From assembly GCF_000150275.1 (NCBI RefSeq), contig NW_002060958.1, forward strand, positions 1,258,088-1,322,087: DNA of 64,000 nucleotides, given 5' to 3'. The notes under the pieces are model-generated. The model was not told where the DNA came from and did not search any database. It saw nothing but the letters and a program-made list of their open reading frames with translations. The DNA comes from Trichoplax adhaerens. Lineage: Eukaryota; Animalia; Placozoa. The stretch's first letter is position 1, and the number at the start of each line of letters is the position of its first letter. The position numbers were made by a program, and so were the translations under genes. Shown one piece after another: positions 23,815 to 47,597 of this stretch.

Positions 23815-26800
23815 CTTCTGAAAATATACTGATCAATATAGCAAATGAACGTTAATATTTTACTAATAATTTTCGCTACAGTCTAAAATTAAATTTACAG
23901 AGAAGCAACAATGATTATTTTTACATTTTTACAATTGTCTCGTACTTACGGATGATAATTGCAGGGAATTTCTAAATCATAAATAAAACCAATCAATTAG
24001 TAATAACGATACCTAAACAAATTTTACTCAAGTAATCTAGTTAAAATTTAATTTGTACTAATAAGCCTATACTACCATGCCAGCCAGTGTCTCGCTTGGC
24101 ATCGATCAATGGGTAGCAAAATAAAATAATAGCAACGTTAAACTACATCTACCTACAAAGAAATTTCTTGCGTTTGATAGTCGTAATCTCGATACTTGCC
24201 ATTTAAATTACGAAAAGATTACTGTAGAATATCCTTCCAAAATATGAGATATTATTGTATTTTATTTAGAATTTGATAATCTGCTATTTTTTAAATGCAA
24301 TTCAATTTGAGAGAAGAATAAGTCTAAAAAGTCTAAAAAAAGTAGCTATGTAATTCTGATGAGTAAAAATATCTGGATGTAAGTTCGTACAATATTTATT
24401 TCTTTTTACGAACAGAGATAAAAAAATTTTAATATATAGTACTCTGTCAATGTATATATATATACAAGGGTAGATGCGAGGATATGATTGATTAAATAAG
24501 GAAATGAAATGTTTGATATTATTCGATGATATCATGGATTAAGAGATTGAATAATTAAAGAATATGTTAGCATGAAAAGATGAGTCATCTCTATTAGTCA
24601 TAGCAACTTAGTCACGATGGAGCTCGTTTTATTCTGTAATTCCTCATTAAAATGCAGAGTCGAACATTAAAAGGGAAAACAGACGGATAGCATTAAAAAA
24701 ATATGAAAACTATATAATAATGAAAGAGTAATAATTTATGTGTGGAAAATGATTTATTTCAGACATTGCCTTGCTTTAAAGAGGGCAATGGAAATAATAT
24801 AAATGAGATTAAGTATGAAATTATACGCTTACGAAATAACTAGTCCTAAACATAGGAACGATCTGTTTATATGTTGTCATCTACTAAGTTATAAATAGAA
24901 AGATCAGACTATTTTACTCCAGACGTAGCGCGTAGAATGCGAGCTTTATTTCTTTATGTAGCCCAGGATTGCTAAGGACTATATGATATAACCAAGATTG
25001 CATTCTATTCATGCATAATTTAATTAAACTTATTTGAATAAATATAGAGAAATGATCAATTGGTTCTATCAAATTCATGATATTTTTCATAGAAAGTCAA
25101 TTTTAGGCTACTTGCCTATATTAGCGGGGACAAATACATTTTTTTTCTGTTGTTTTGATTCAAGCAAACAAGACCGAAACGATGCCCATGGTCTCACTAT
25201 CTATTCATCAATTTACTTGTATTCACATAATTTGCAGACTTCCGTAGAGCAAACTGCAATGCAACGTTATAATGATTAAGCCCCGATAGAAAGCAATATT
25301 TAATAATATTAGCTAACCAATCAATGACAATGGCAAATTTTCCATTTTCATTATCGCACTGCTATATCAGTGATTTTAAGTTTTACTTTATAATCGCCAA
25401 CAATACGACAAATAAAAACAATTTTACTTGATAGGCAATCCTCATTCAATATAGGAATTTTGTAGATATTTATATTCTTTTTTGAGTTAAAGTATGTTAG
25501 AAATTATATTTTTGAAATATACTCTATTTAATCAATGACAACCATGGATATTTACTCGTCCGTAAAAACATTAGACCGGATATAAAGCAAGGCATGATTA
25601 GCTAGGCAGTTTTTGAGAATGCAAACGTAATGCCACTTCCTATTATCGTAGCAAATTCATAATAAAATATGAAAATCTCCCAAGCTAGATTACATTCATT
25701 AAAATTACTTGACTGCAGACCGATAAATTAATTACCTTTTAAATGTCGAATCGGAGATGTACCTGATTGATTTTTTTAAATTAAACAGCAGCATTGCCAT
25801 TTTTAAAGCCTTTAAGCAAATTTCTATGCCACGGCTTGTATTACCATTGCCCTATCAATGAGATCAATATGGCATTGGCTATTTCACGTTATTGCGTTAA
25901 AATTAGATGACAACGTTGTAACTATTGAATCTCATGATCATTGTAATAACTTGATTGATTGTTCCTATAAGATATCACAGCTAGTGGAAAACATCGTTTA
26001 AGAAAAATTTGTATAGGACCATCATCTGAAAAGAAATTTAAAGTGTTGAAAAGGTAGAACTGTAGCTATTACTAAGTAGTGGAAAATTGTAAACTATATT
26101 GGTCTGGTTGAAAATTTAGAGTGTCTCGCATTCATTTTCGCTATTTTTAAAACATAAAAGAACGATTATGAATAAAAATTACAGACAAATATTTTATCAA
26201 TAATATTACGATCAATAGCCTAAAGAAAACATTATCTGAGTTAAATTATAATTAATAAACGAGCACTAGAATTATTCTTTCTTAAATCAATATCACAGTA
26301 ATGATATTAAGATTCATATAATTCGTCTTTAAATATATATTGCCGCAAATTCAAGACAGTGCTCCTGTCACTGAGCTTCGAGCAATTCAAGTTCTAATTT
26401 AATTTTCTTATAATCACTATAGTATCACATTTCCTGTCTTGACGGATTATTTTTAGTCTAATAGTCGTGCACTATATTGAGAGGAACAATACCTTAAAAG
26501 GAGCGCATTGACTTGATTACGCACGAATATTAAATGTAGTATACACGCGTACATGTTATAAATTTGTTTTCCATCTATTAAGTCTTTAATCAGTATAGTG
26601 GCGCAAGCTAATGCATAAATCCCTATAAAGAAGATACGTTTTATTTATTTCATCAGTTCGACCTTACATACCTATTCATCCACAGTTCATACTATGTCTG
26701 CAGTGCTATACTACACTATCCTAAATCTCTCTCTCTTAAAAACTCCCGCCGACAAACTTATATCGTAGGGTGTCTACAGATTCTACAGTAAGCTTTCCTA

Positions 26801-26849
26801 ATACTTACTCCCTTAAAAATTCCAACTTTATATCTTCGACGGCCGGCTT

Positions 26850-27410
26850 ATATTATTTAGTTAACTTCTAATTTGGATATACTGTATTTTAATATAGCAT
26901 TGACTTTTTATGACACTTATACACATACTGAAATTAATAGTTCTAATAGGGAATGCAAATCATCTACTTACAGTTCCAATCATTGTGATTGTAATTTACT
27001 TATGGTAGATTGTAAATTATCATGGAAATGTTCCGTGTTAGGACATATCGTAATCTGAATATTCTGTATTAGTCATTACATGTCTATGTTCGTAAATACT
27101 GTTGTCTGCATTAAAGAAGCAGTAGCTAAAATTAATATCTAATTCAGTAAATGATTCCAAGGTTAATTGTATTAACTATGACTTATGAACTATTGAGAAA
27201 TAGTATATAAATGCAGCATATCGTGAAATAAAGGGAATTCTCAAACTTAGTGTTTAACGTAAAATACGAGGCGTTTAAGTCTTTGTGTAGTCTGCTAGTA
27301 GAGCAAAAGTGTTTGTAATAGTGCAGATATCGTTCCTTGATTGTGGTTCAAGGAATTGACTTATTGATCATATATTGCGTTATCTTGTTGCAAAGCTGTT
27401 TTCTGACATT
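26850..27410 (+). repeat. Old dispersed repeat, copy 1 (inverted partner at 55360-56262)
   Basis: For example tgtgattgtaatttacttatggtagattgta and ttagtgtttaacgtaaaatacgaggcgtttaagtcttt match the reverse complement of ~56100-56135 and ~55490-55527. Roughly 70-80% identity by eye. Confidence 0.85.
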
Positions 27411-28733
27411 ATAATAATGATTTTAATCGTCTAGTAACTTTAAGTTCTATGCTGTACGGTTCTATAGCGCAATGGGCATTCCGGCAGCTACTTGTAACAC
27501 TATTAACTATAGTTATATACTGTGCTCAACTTAATTTCGATAAATACGGTATTAGTTCTAGAATCTGGATAAAGACGAACTAAAATCTATTTTGTGAACG
27601 GTATTGGGAATTGTTTATAATTTCCCTTCTTAACTTTGATCTATGGTGAAACAGAAAAACAACGCGCAGTTACAGATGCCTTGGTTAAATTTGAACTTTT
27701 TAGCTATGTTTAAATAGAGTATACTTGTTATACGTTATACCGATATTAGCCTATATTGTGTATCAGCCAAAATTGAATATTAAGGCCTACATGGACTATA
27801 AAAAATGGTCTTTGCGAGTAAGTGACTGATTCTGATATCATACTAAGTGTCTATATAAGACATATATAAAGCGCAATGGTACGAATTTCAATTATTAGAT
27901 GCTAGCAATATGGGTTAAGAATGTAATTTAAACTATTTACTGTCACCAGCGACTAATCGAGATTAGTAAACGGAGTCATCAGGCGATCTACTGTAATAGA
28001 GAATTTTTTTTCCGTAGCCTGAGCCCTAGTCGACTAGTCCTAGACCATAAATTAGGTCTCAACTTAAAAGGAAATCACAAATTTAATCCGATTGTAATAA
28101 ATACTATCACCAGAAAATCTGATAGATAAAAATCTAGCAAGGACTATAACATACATTAAGTCATCAGTCAGAAAGATACGGAACGAAAGTACTTGAATAT
28201 TAGTCCCTCGGACTTTTGCGACAGATGTTATACCACTTTTAGCAATGTAATATCAAGATTACAATATTTCTCGGTGAAATAGGTTATTTCTAGGCAATAT
28301 CCCATCATATAAAAGGTTACTTAAAGTTATAATTCTTATAGAATCATGATCGTTTAATAACGCCCTTTACAATTTCTGCTTAAGCGTAGTTGGAGAAACA
28401 GCTGCATAGCAAGCATCTCATATGGAACATAGAAATGCAAAGAAGTTCAGATTATTGGTGAAATTTCCCTAAATAACAGGTATCGTAATTACTATGATTT
28501 CTTTCAAATAGTTTGAGCCTTGCTAAAATTTGAAGTATGAAAGACTGAATGTAATTGGAATAACTGGATACAAAAACAAAATTATTTGCGGTTTGAGCTT
28601 CAATGAGGTATTATATAAGATCTTGACAGTTTTTACTTCATATATAAATCCGTATATGATATCTATACCTGATATCCGCAAAAGACACTGAATTTCACAT
28701 GCTTTAATTTCTTTTTCTCATATTATAACGCGT

Positions 28734-29282
28734 TGTAATGGAACTAGTATTGTGATTGTAGACTGTTAGCCATGTTTAGTATAATGTACAGTAGATATTT
28801 ATCCTAAGAGATATTTGGTAGCTATAACTATAGACTGTAGTGGTATAGATTCTATGCTAGCGTACACATGACTATATACAGTAAGGTGTTGAGTTACTAA
28901 TAAGGCTATAGGTAAAAATAGAACTGTAAATCATATATTAGGATATGGTTAATTCATTGTACTTTGGCTGGTGTGAATAATGTCTACGTAAGTACTGTAG
29001 TCGTATCCATATTGGATTAATGATGGTCCGCAGTAGAATAGTCTTACTAAGAATAATATAACTATGTATAATATAATGTAAAAGGTTGCCATGCGGATTG
29101 CAGCTGCGAATGCTACGAAAAGTATAAAAGCATGCAACTTTAGATTATTCTGTTAGTTCGTTGTAGAAGTCTTTAGAAGTAGTATTCGGCTAGAGTAGAG
29201 CTGTGTAGTTAATCTTTGTATAAGATTCAATAAAGCCCTTATTTTTCTAAAATTTGGAATTTCGTGATTGGTATATATCACA
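28734..29282 (+). mobile_element. Solo-LTR-like element, copy 1 (549 bp)
   Basis: TGTAAT…ATCACA termini, TATAAAAG at 29123, AATAAA at 29229, and a near-identical copy at 54796-55346. No PBS, PPT, internal ORFs or TSD seen. Confidence 0.8.
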
Positions 29283-32200
29283 CAGAGGAACGAAAAATTT
29301 TTACATACATATTACAGCTACATTTCTACTTATTCAATGTTTAACTTGATTACTATACAAGTAACTATGCTGTAGCTACAGAAATATTAGCAATGATCGT
29401 TTTAATATTCTTGCTATTTCCGATATTATCTTCTATGCTCTATTCCTTTTTTCGAAGATGTTCTGGATGATATTATTCTTAATTTAAAATTTACTTATCT
29501 GTAAATAGGGAGTTTACGGCAAAATGCAGTAGGGCATTCTTATTGCAAGTTTTGAGAGGGTAACAGTAATGTTATGAGTAGCTATAAAATTGATTAATTT
29601 TCTGCGTCAGTTATTCTATAACGCAGAAATACGATACTGAGGATATAAGCTTTAATTACTTCAAATATTATAATTTACCTATTTGGCAAACAATAATATT
29701 AATTACCGCATATTAAAGCAATGTCAAGGTCAATTTAGAAGTGATTATTTGTTAATATTACTAGGTATTTAACTATTTTTCAGGCCAATTTGCTCACACT
29801 AGTTTCAAATTATAGCAGCTGTCCTATTAAAGAAATTAAAGAACTATGGTAACACTGAAAAATTCTTCATAATTTATTTATAGTACATAGTTACTGTTTA
29901 GATCGGATAATTAACAGCTAAAGACAATATGTTGTAAGGTTAACAACTAGGTATAAAAAAAGCATCGAATAAAATCTACAAGGAATAACCTATTTTCAGG
30001 TAATTTCCGTACTGATGCCAATACATCAAAGTAATTGGATGAATTATTTGCATTACGCATACCAAAGATCTTCTTAATAATTTATATAAAGTATTATTGA
30101 TAGATAAATGGCATATCTAATCAGCGGAGATATTTTCAAGCTATTAATCCAGTGGGATTTTACAAATTTACTTGAATTAGGAAATCAGCTTTAAAAACGT
30201 ATAGATTTACATTGTTGCCTGATATCTTAGGATAACAATACTTTTGGTTATAACGATAATACTACTGCAGATTTAGAAATGGCTAAATCAATAAAGGATT
30301 ATATGTTTTATATAGTGGCTAGCTACCTTAATTTCATGGCGATAGCAAATGACTGAATAGATATATCTTTCCTGTAATAAGTTCCAAGGCATTTTACGAA
30401 TAGCAAAAAACACCCACAGCCGGCTAAAGGAAATCCAAGTTGTATGCTTCTACATAATAACGCGCTGGTGTATACAAATATTTTTTATTAACTAATACAA
30501 ACAATTAATAGGTAAGGGACATTTAAGGTGATGTGTTAGTTTTACTAAGGGAACTTTCGAAAATTTATATAGAATGCTTCAGTTTATAAACCCATTTTAT
30601 TCCCCTTATAGGAATAAAATATTTAGGCTTCGTTTTACGGAATATTTTTGCTCAAATTAAATGACATTATTCTACACTGCTTCTAATAACTTGAATTAAT
30701 TACCGTAACATCTGTTGAGATTTTTTTGGTTCTGGATTTCTTTATTAATAATCTACTGTGAACCGTGATAAACTACCGTACTAAAGAAAAGTTCTAGCTC
30801 GGCACGGTCTCGATCGTAAAGAATTAATTTACAATTGAATGCTTTTAATTTCCGTTTTTGCGGAACCTAAACAAAAATTCTTAAGCAGCTGTAGTTACTT
30901 ATTTTAAAAGATCCTGACTGACACGTTAAATAACAATTAGTTTTGCTTTGCTGAATTTCATTGCGTAAAATTATACTAACATAAGCTAAAATGTATAAAA
31001 GAGTCTCTACATTTTAAATATAGAAATTTAACTAGAATGGAGATCATCCTTTAAGATTTCGTTTAAGTCATTCTTAGCAAGAACTGCACTTGTATGTAAG
31101 TTTGATTTTTAACACACGCAGCTGCATAGTAGATTTAGAATAAGGTGCTAATTAAGTTCAGTTAGGGGCTTTTAAGGGGTACATTACTAAAATGATAATC
31201 GTGATATTTCAAATGATGATATAGTACTTATAACAGGCCATGTAGTACCGTCGGCTGTAAGTAAAAGTACGATGCAATAAAAACATTACGATCTATTTAA
31301 AATCAATTTTACCCGTTATTTCAGATAGATAAAACAATAACTTTACTCAGATCACGCCAAATTGTGTAGATTAGATTTTTGTCTATTTATTCTCATTTCT
31401 AATTCCGCAGTTTATTATGATAGCTCGATAAACTGTACCAGGTTGAAAGCTTTAAAATTTTTCAGTTTTTATTAAAAATTTTCTTTTAATTTGAAATTGA
31501 ATGATTATTGCCATTGATTAAAGTTGGATATTGCACCGGCAGTTGCAGACTCAAGAAAGGAGTACTTATTTACCTTGTCATCAGCAATAGAGTATAATGA
31601 ATAAGAGCTATTATGGAATTACATAGATATTAAAATTAAAAATTATTGTATGATTAGATTCTTACAATAATAGCAATTTGCTACTTAATAATATTGACTG
31701 CATGCGATGAAATCATATGTTGTCATATATTGCAAAACTATTTCTGTGTATTATCTTTCTAATTATTCACTGGAAATTAATCTATTTGCTTACTTAAGTA
31801 TTAAAACAGAATTTTAATTAAAAAATTTAATTGAAGTATTGATTGAATAGACAATGTTTCATGCCTAATTTGAAATAAAAGACTATATTTTAGGGCTGAA
31901 TACAAATTTCTTTATTATCATTGATAAAACTTCTTAAGTCTTATTATGAGATACAGCATTAGATGTATGGGAAAATATAGGAGAAATTAATATTTGCACG
32001 ATGCATCATATTATCATGCTCAAAAATGAGTAGGTACCAGAGTTGCTTGATTTTCTTATGATTTGATGAAATCCGAATTTAACAAGATTCAGGAAAGAAT
32101 TTCTGAGAATTTGTTGTTATATGATCATTATAAATATTTTACATACATCAAAAGTTATAGGAGAATTAGCGAAATTATAATAATAACTCTATTATAAATT

Positions 32201-35200
32201 ATTTTCAATCAATTAGAGCGATACGTGACTCAAATTAAATACCAACTCGATAACTCAAAATCGATTTCAATACTTTCCATTTATTCTATTGATAATAAGA
32301 TCATGCAACAGGAAAATATCATTCATATACAAGCAAAACACTCCATTTTAGATGTAACTTGATTTACTACCTATTATCTTCAACACTTTAATCATCATAT
32401 TCATTAGGTTTAATATATGTTATATCTCTACATTAGTAATGATAATATTACAGTGGACGACAAGAAAAAAAATTAAATTGAGTATCAACTTGGTATTTCT
32501 ATTGAAATTGATCTTACAATACTTTCAGATTATAAACAATTTATTTATTTGTTGGGTTAGACAAGGGAAAGAAACGGAATTTCTTTTTATTAATTAAATA
32601 CTTTATATACTCACGATTCGACCTATCACAAATTATCAAACAGCAGAATCTATCGCTATTGTCATAAGTCCATCCTATCGATTCAATATCAGCCAAGGAA
32701 GGGATATTATCTGCTGCTCTCTTACGTTATCAAAGAATAACAGTTAGCATGAAGAATCAAATAGGAACGATAGATTGAAGTAATAATATTTTGCCTCTTT
32801 TCTCACTTTTGTATTTAACTCGCCGCTTGGCAAATCAGGTCATAACAATGGATCGAATCGAAAGAGAATTAAAGCTTTTATGTCGTTGAAGTACAGTCGC
32901 ATCTTCATTGATTTGTAGTAATATCCCTTTAAGGAAGACAGAGTAATTTGCCTTTAGATGACAAATAATCAAAGGTTGGGCAAATACAATATAATAAAAT
33001 AATAATGATTAAGTAAGCGATGCGTTCAATAACTTGAAGTGTTCATGTAGGCATATTAAGGGTAGAGATAATTGATAGGATAGCTCTGGGGTACGTAGCA
33101 TCTATCATTTATTGATTAGAATCTTGTCGATATGCAGATTATTAAATATGAATGAATATAAATAATTATAACCATTCATTTGTGTTTTCCTTGAAAACTT
33201 GTAAGTCAATCAGTACTTTGGGAATTTTCCCGATATTGTTAATAATTTAGGCATTAGGGCAAAAAATATTGACGTACATGACTAATCCGTTGGAATTTAC
33301 CCCATTTTTAACTTAAGCAAAAACGAAAGAAATCACCTTGCAATCTTTTTACTCGATAGCTAACGAAACTAAAAATGGAACTGGAATAGTTTCTAATTAC
33401 CTTATAATTTAATCAATCTAAGGCGAGGAATTGTTTCCTTTAGCATAGTAATTATCAAAGATTTACTTAGCTTAGTCAAAATTCCGCTGATTAAGACATA
33501 TCTTTCGGCGTAGAAATTGGGATTTGTCATAAAAGGGACTTTAGTAAAGTATTTTTCCTTATAATATTGAAATCAAATACTCGAATATTCTGGTTGACAA
33601 AAGTAGTCAAATGTTTACTGTCAATCCTAGCAATTTCTCATTATAATTAGATATTGGCATTAATCAACGCAACTTATCAATTTATCCAGATATAAGTACC
33701 TCATCTGTCCATTTATAGTATTACCTTACTTCTTTATCAATTTATATACATATCTTATACGTTCATGTATCTATATGTATATGTTATATAAGTCTACTTT
33801 TGTGAATCTATTTGCAACTCTGTCCCTCCTTCTGTCTACCTATACCTAGCTATCTAGCTAACTAAATGTTACAAATCAATATCAATTTTATACTCTAATC
33901 TAGTCAATATTTTTACATTGCAAGCAATTTAAATCATAAATTTGATCAGCTTATATCATTAATTTATGATTAAGAGTAAATAGTTCTCAAGGATGTGGAT
34001 CAGGCTATCTGTGTAGGCGGTGCTGTCGTAAATTCTACCAGAAATCCTCTATAGATTTAAATTTAACTGGAAGGTTTTTTTACTCCATCCGTTTAATAAA
34101 TTACTTACATGCATTCAAATATGTGATAATTTTTTATCACCAAAATATTAAAGAGCGTCTTTTTATTTGGTTCTATATAGTAGCAATTATTATAAAATTT
34201 ATTATAAGGCAAAATATTCATATTTTATTTTGATCTTGTGTGAATTAAATGTGTTGAATCTGAACCATGAGATGGTGATAATATAATTTATCATTTTTCA
34301 AAATACTCCTCAGCTTTCTATCAGATATGACATAGCACTCAGCATACGTCACTTTTAATTTATGAATTATAACTTTAGTTATAGAATTGACTATTATAGA
34401 CTCTAAATAACATCAATGGGTGCTATCTTGATTTCAAATCAATCAAGGATAACTATTTACAATATGGCGTATGGACTGTATCACTGCATACAGTTCTGTC
34501 ACTGATATTTTTATTGAATTAGAATCCTGAGCTAACAGCGAGTTCTGTAATAATTTTTTTTCACACTGGCTATCAAGATGTTGTTCATAAATTGATCTTC
34601 ATTAGTCCTGTTAACTAATTAGAAATAATTTATTCTAAACAGACTTATAATTTCTGTATAATTTCAATTCAAAAATACTTGATTATAGGCTCCAAAACAA
34701 TACCTATTATAATCATCAATAGTTTAATATCTCCTATTAAGCTTGCTTATGACATATTTGATGAATAAGAATGACTAATTGTGCCAACTCTTTATCAATT
34801 ATGTAATTTATTTTAGTATCTATGATAAAGTACCTTCTGCCTATTCGACTAGAATATGAACTTATAACATAAACTCGATCGTCACACGTGTAAAATGACC
34901 TACAGCAATGCCATTATGAACAAAGCAACCGAGCATTAGAACTATTATTGAAAAGTTTTCGTACTGTATCTATGCTTAAGCAGATTTTATGGATTTATTT
35001 ACTGATAGAAGAAAACATCTAGGATTGGAGAAGTATACTAATAAACTTTTACGAAATTAGATTGTCTCGATACTCCACTACAAACGGTTGATCTGATATT
35101 TATACAAGTTCCATGAAATCATATTAAAATGAGCATAAACTAGTTCTTGCACCCCGATATTGCTAATATTGGTCGATAGATAGTAATAGAAGAAATTGCC

Positions 35201-37254
35201 ATTTATCCTTTCGTCTATAGGATATAGAAAACGAGGGAAGAAAGATCTGTTTACATTTCGAAATTAATAGATTGAAATACACGGTTTGATCGAAGATCAT
35301 AATCTCAGCAATATGGAAACAAGAAAATAATTCTAGTACATAACCATGATTGTATTATATGTTTAGATTAAACTATACTATCAGATAGCTGATACTGTAT
35401 TAGTATTTAAAGCTATTTAGCGAAAAATTGATAAATATGCAGACGAAGGGGAATATGAGGCGTAATTTAACCGATTTACACTATAATATTCGTTAAAGTA
35501 ATATTTCTACGTAAAGCATATTTAGTACAGATTAAGCACAGCCTGCAGATTGTTTTCTTTTGATTAACTTATTCTATTTCTCCTTCTATTATACTTAAAT
35601 AACACTACTAGTGACGTGAAATCATAAAAATGGATGTTTACATCTATTGCTAGCAATATGTAAACCTATTATAGTACTTGTATACAAGTATTATCTTGAT
35701 AGAATTGTTCTTATAGCCCGTGTACGCAGGTATAGCATTTGATGTAGAGTAACTACAGTATCTATTATAATATGATAAAACCAGGATTTATGAAAAGGAA
35801 TATTGCAATATCGCAATGCCCCAAAGCCTTTTCCATATACCTCAATTAATACATATGTATTATTGTAATATTAAAATAACTGGTGATAATGCTGTCTAAT
35901 AGTATTGACTTAAAGCAGTAAAAATGAGGGATAACAAACTATAATAACATGGAAATTTTAAAACTGTGTTAGATAACATTTTTATTACAGTATAGAATTT
36001 CGTTTTGCATTTGAACTAGGAATCTTTTTGAAGTAAACAGCCTATCATATCAAAAGGAATCGTAAATACAGTAAATTACTTTGTCGAACGAATTAAGTGC
36101 CTTTGGTCTCTGATAGAAATAATAATCAATTATCTATTATTCAATGATAAAAGAGTTGTATATCGGGTAAATAAAATTTTCAATGATACTATTAGAGTTA
36201 TTAATCAGCAAATCAATCAATAGTAACTTGAAATAGTTAAAATAAGTTTAATTCATTGTAGATATGGAAAGAAATCAGTTCTTTGCTTTATTAGACGATA
36301 TATATTCGTTAGATTAAGGAGATATTCGATAAGAAAATACTCTCTCCTTAAGATTATTGGATCTACAACTATTTCTCAACTCTTTACTGATAAATTAGGC
36401 TTTTCACTCCATTAAGTATAAGTAGATATTTAAATTTTAAGCGGATTAAATAATTTGATAATTCGATAAATTATGAAATTTAAATCTTATTAACATTCAT
36501 TAAAGCATAACTTGATCGTAGGACTGGATCAATAGATCGAATTAGTTATATCAATATTAGCTGATTGATATTTTATGTATAATTCTGAAATTTATCTATT
36601 ATCATCATTTCTTTACACTCCATTGCTTTTCTTAACGGATATATTATATCACTATCAATCATCAACTATTGAATATGATCTTGATAAGGAATGATAACAT
36701 ATTAGCTATAAAAATAGCTGTAATTATAAGTTATGCAATCAGTCCTAGCTGGTTTTTATTCACTGCCATTGATTGCTTAAATAAGTACTTCATTTCTATT
36801 TTAGCGTTTGAAAACATTTTTTTATTTGCCTAATAGTCATGCAATTTTTATACCTTTGTTGTTCGAAGCCTTATTTTCATGCATTGGTTTTAGTAATGAT
36901 GGACACTTGTCATCAATAGCCAGTCAGCGTTTGAAATAAGTTATTGTCTTATACTAATTTGATTTCGTCATGTTTATGTCTACGGTAGCAAACAGAAATG
37001 GTGCTTGGCCTTGGGCTTATTTTTACTTTCAAGCTATTTTGCTGCAGCCCCATATTTTTCCTTAGATCTCCGACAATTTTGTTATTGTTTGTTGTTGTGA
37101 AATCAATTTGGTTGAGTATAAAAGCTTAGACAATACATCATCAATTTATTCACAATAGACGAAACAAATTACACGAGTAAACATTGCGGGGGATAATGAT
37201 ATTATCGCATTAACTTTCTTTTCGATTCAAAAGCTAATTGACTAGTTGTTAACC

Positions 37255-37262
37255 TATAAAAG
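37255..37262 (+). promoter_or_regulatory. Candidate TATA box of Mnx
   Basis: cctATAAAAGgc consensus context about 390 bp upstream of the ATG at 37647. Confidence 0.5.
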
Positions 37263-37646
37263 GCAAGACAGATTGGCACTCTTGATTAGTTATATTTCTA
37301 ACTTCTATTACAGCCAGTACTCCAGTCAAGTCATAAACCGCAATCAAATTTTAATTTGTAGTAACAAATCAATCTGTTCACACTAACGGTATCATATGTT
37401 AGCAATACAATATTAATATCAATCATCACCTACTTAACGGCTTATTGAGTTTATCATCGCTTTAAATTAATCACCTAATTTACTGCTACGTCTATAAATT
37501 ATTTATATTATAATTTGTTTGTAGTTTCAAATTGGAATTGATTACTGCTTGAAAATAGTTATTACTCTTATAGCATTCAATTACTTATAGCAATAGAATT
37601 ATTAAATCGTTTATTTCCCTCTGTATTGATTGCACACTTAGATATT

Positions 37647-46596
<8,950 letters not shown>

Positions 46597-47424
46597 ATTT
46601 TAATCATTGTTATTATATACGAATATTTCGTCCACCTTATTATTTCATGTCGATTTTATTCTCGTCATTCGATGTGCAACTTTGTGAAATTAAGAGATAT
46701 GATACCTCGCATATTAACTCCATTTTTAACTACTTATTTGTGATCTAAATTGAAATCTTAAAAATTTTGCCTTCAGTAGCTGAACTATTTAAAAATATAA
46801 GTTATAATATCCTCATATAGAGCAGAAAGTAAAAATTTTTTTATTTGTTATAACAGGATATATATAGCTTGGTACAAAACCTCTAGTATTTTGATCTCAT
46901 ATTTGATTAAAATTATTCGTAAGCTGAAAGTTTCTAAACTTACATTTGACATTATTATTTTGAGGAATCATCATCTTAATCGTTCTTTAAATACGAGTAT
47001 AACTAAATTTCATGGTAAGGATTGTATTTATAATCAGCTAATGACCGTTGCACTTTTAAATTTGATATTTTAAAAATGAACAACTTATCATTCGTTTTAT
47101 TCCAAAAATGCTACGTCTTATAATGATGATAATAATAATACTAAATTATATACTGCAATATGTATTAGCTATCATTGAGTTGTCATGGTAGGAAAACGAC
47201 ATTATTTATTCCCATCTCCTGAATACATTCTACGCGATGTTCGAATTATTTCATATTTAATAAGTATTTCTATTGCCTACGGCAATAGAAACGGATTGAT
47301 CAACTGAATATTCTCCAACTCATACGTAGTTGCTTTGCTGATTTTTCTTTAATTAGTAGATATTAGGTCGAGGATATAATTCATGATATTATATAAGATG
47401 ATTCTATTATCTAAATCTAATCTT

Positions 47425-47597
47425 ACATATATATGTGCATATAAATATGAAGCTTACAGATTCAAGTAATATATATCTATAACTAGATGTATTGTATATG
47501 TATGTGTATATAAATGCACATATATAAATATGTTATATATATATAAATATATGAAAATGTAGGCCCGTATGTATGCATGTATACTCTGTACGTATGT
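47425..47597. repeat. Degenerate (TA/TG)n low-complexity tract downstream of Mnx
   Basis: acatatatatgtgcatata…tgtatatgtatgtgtatata…tatatatatataaatatat. Confidence 0.65.
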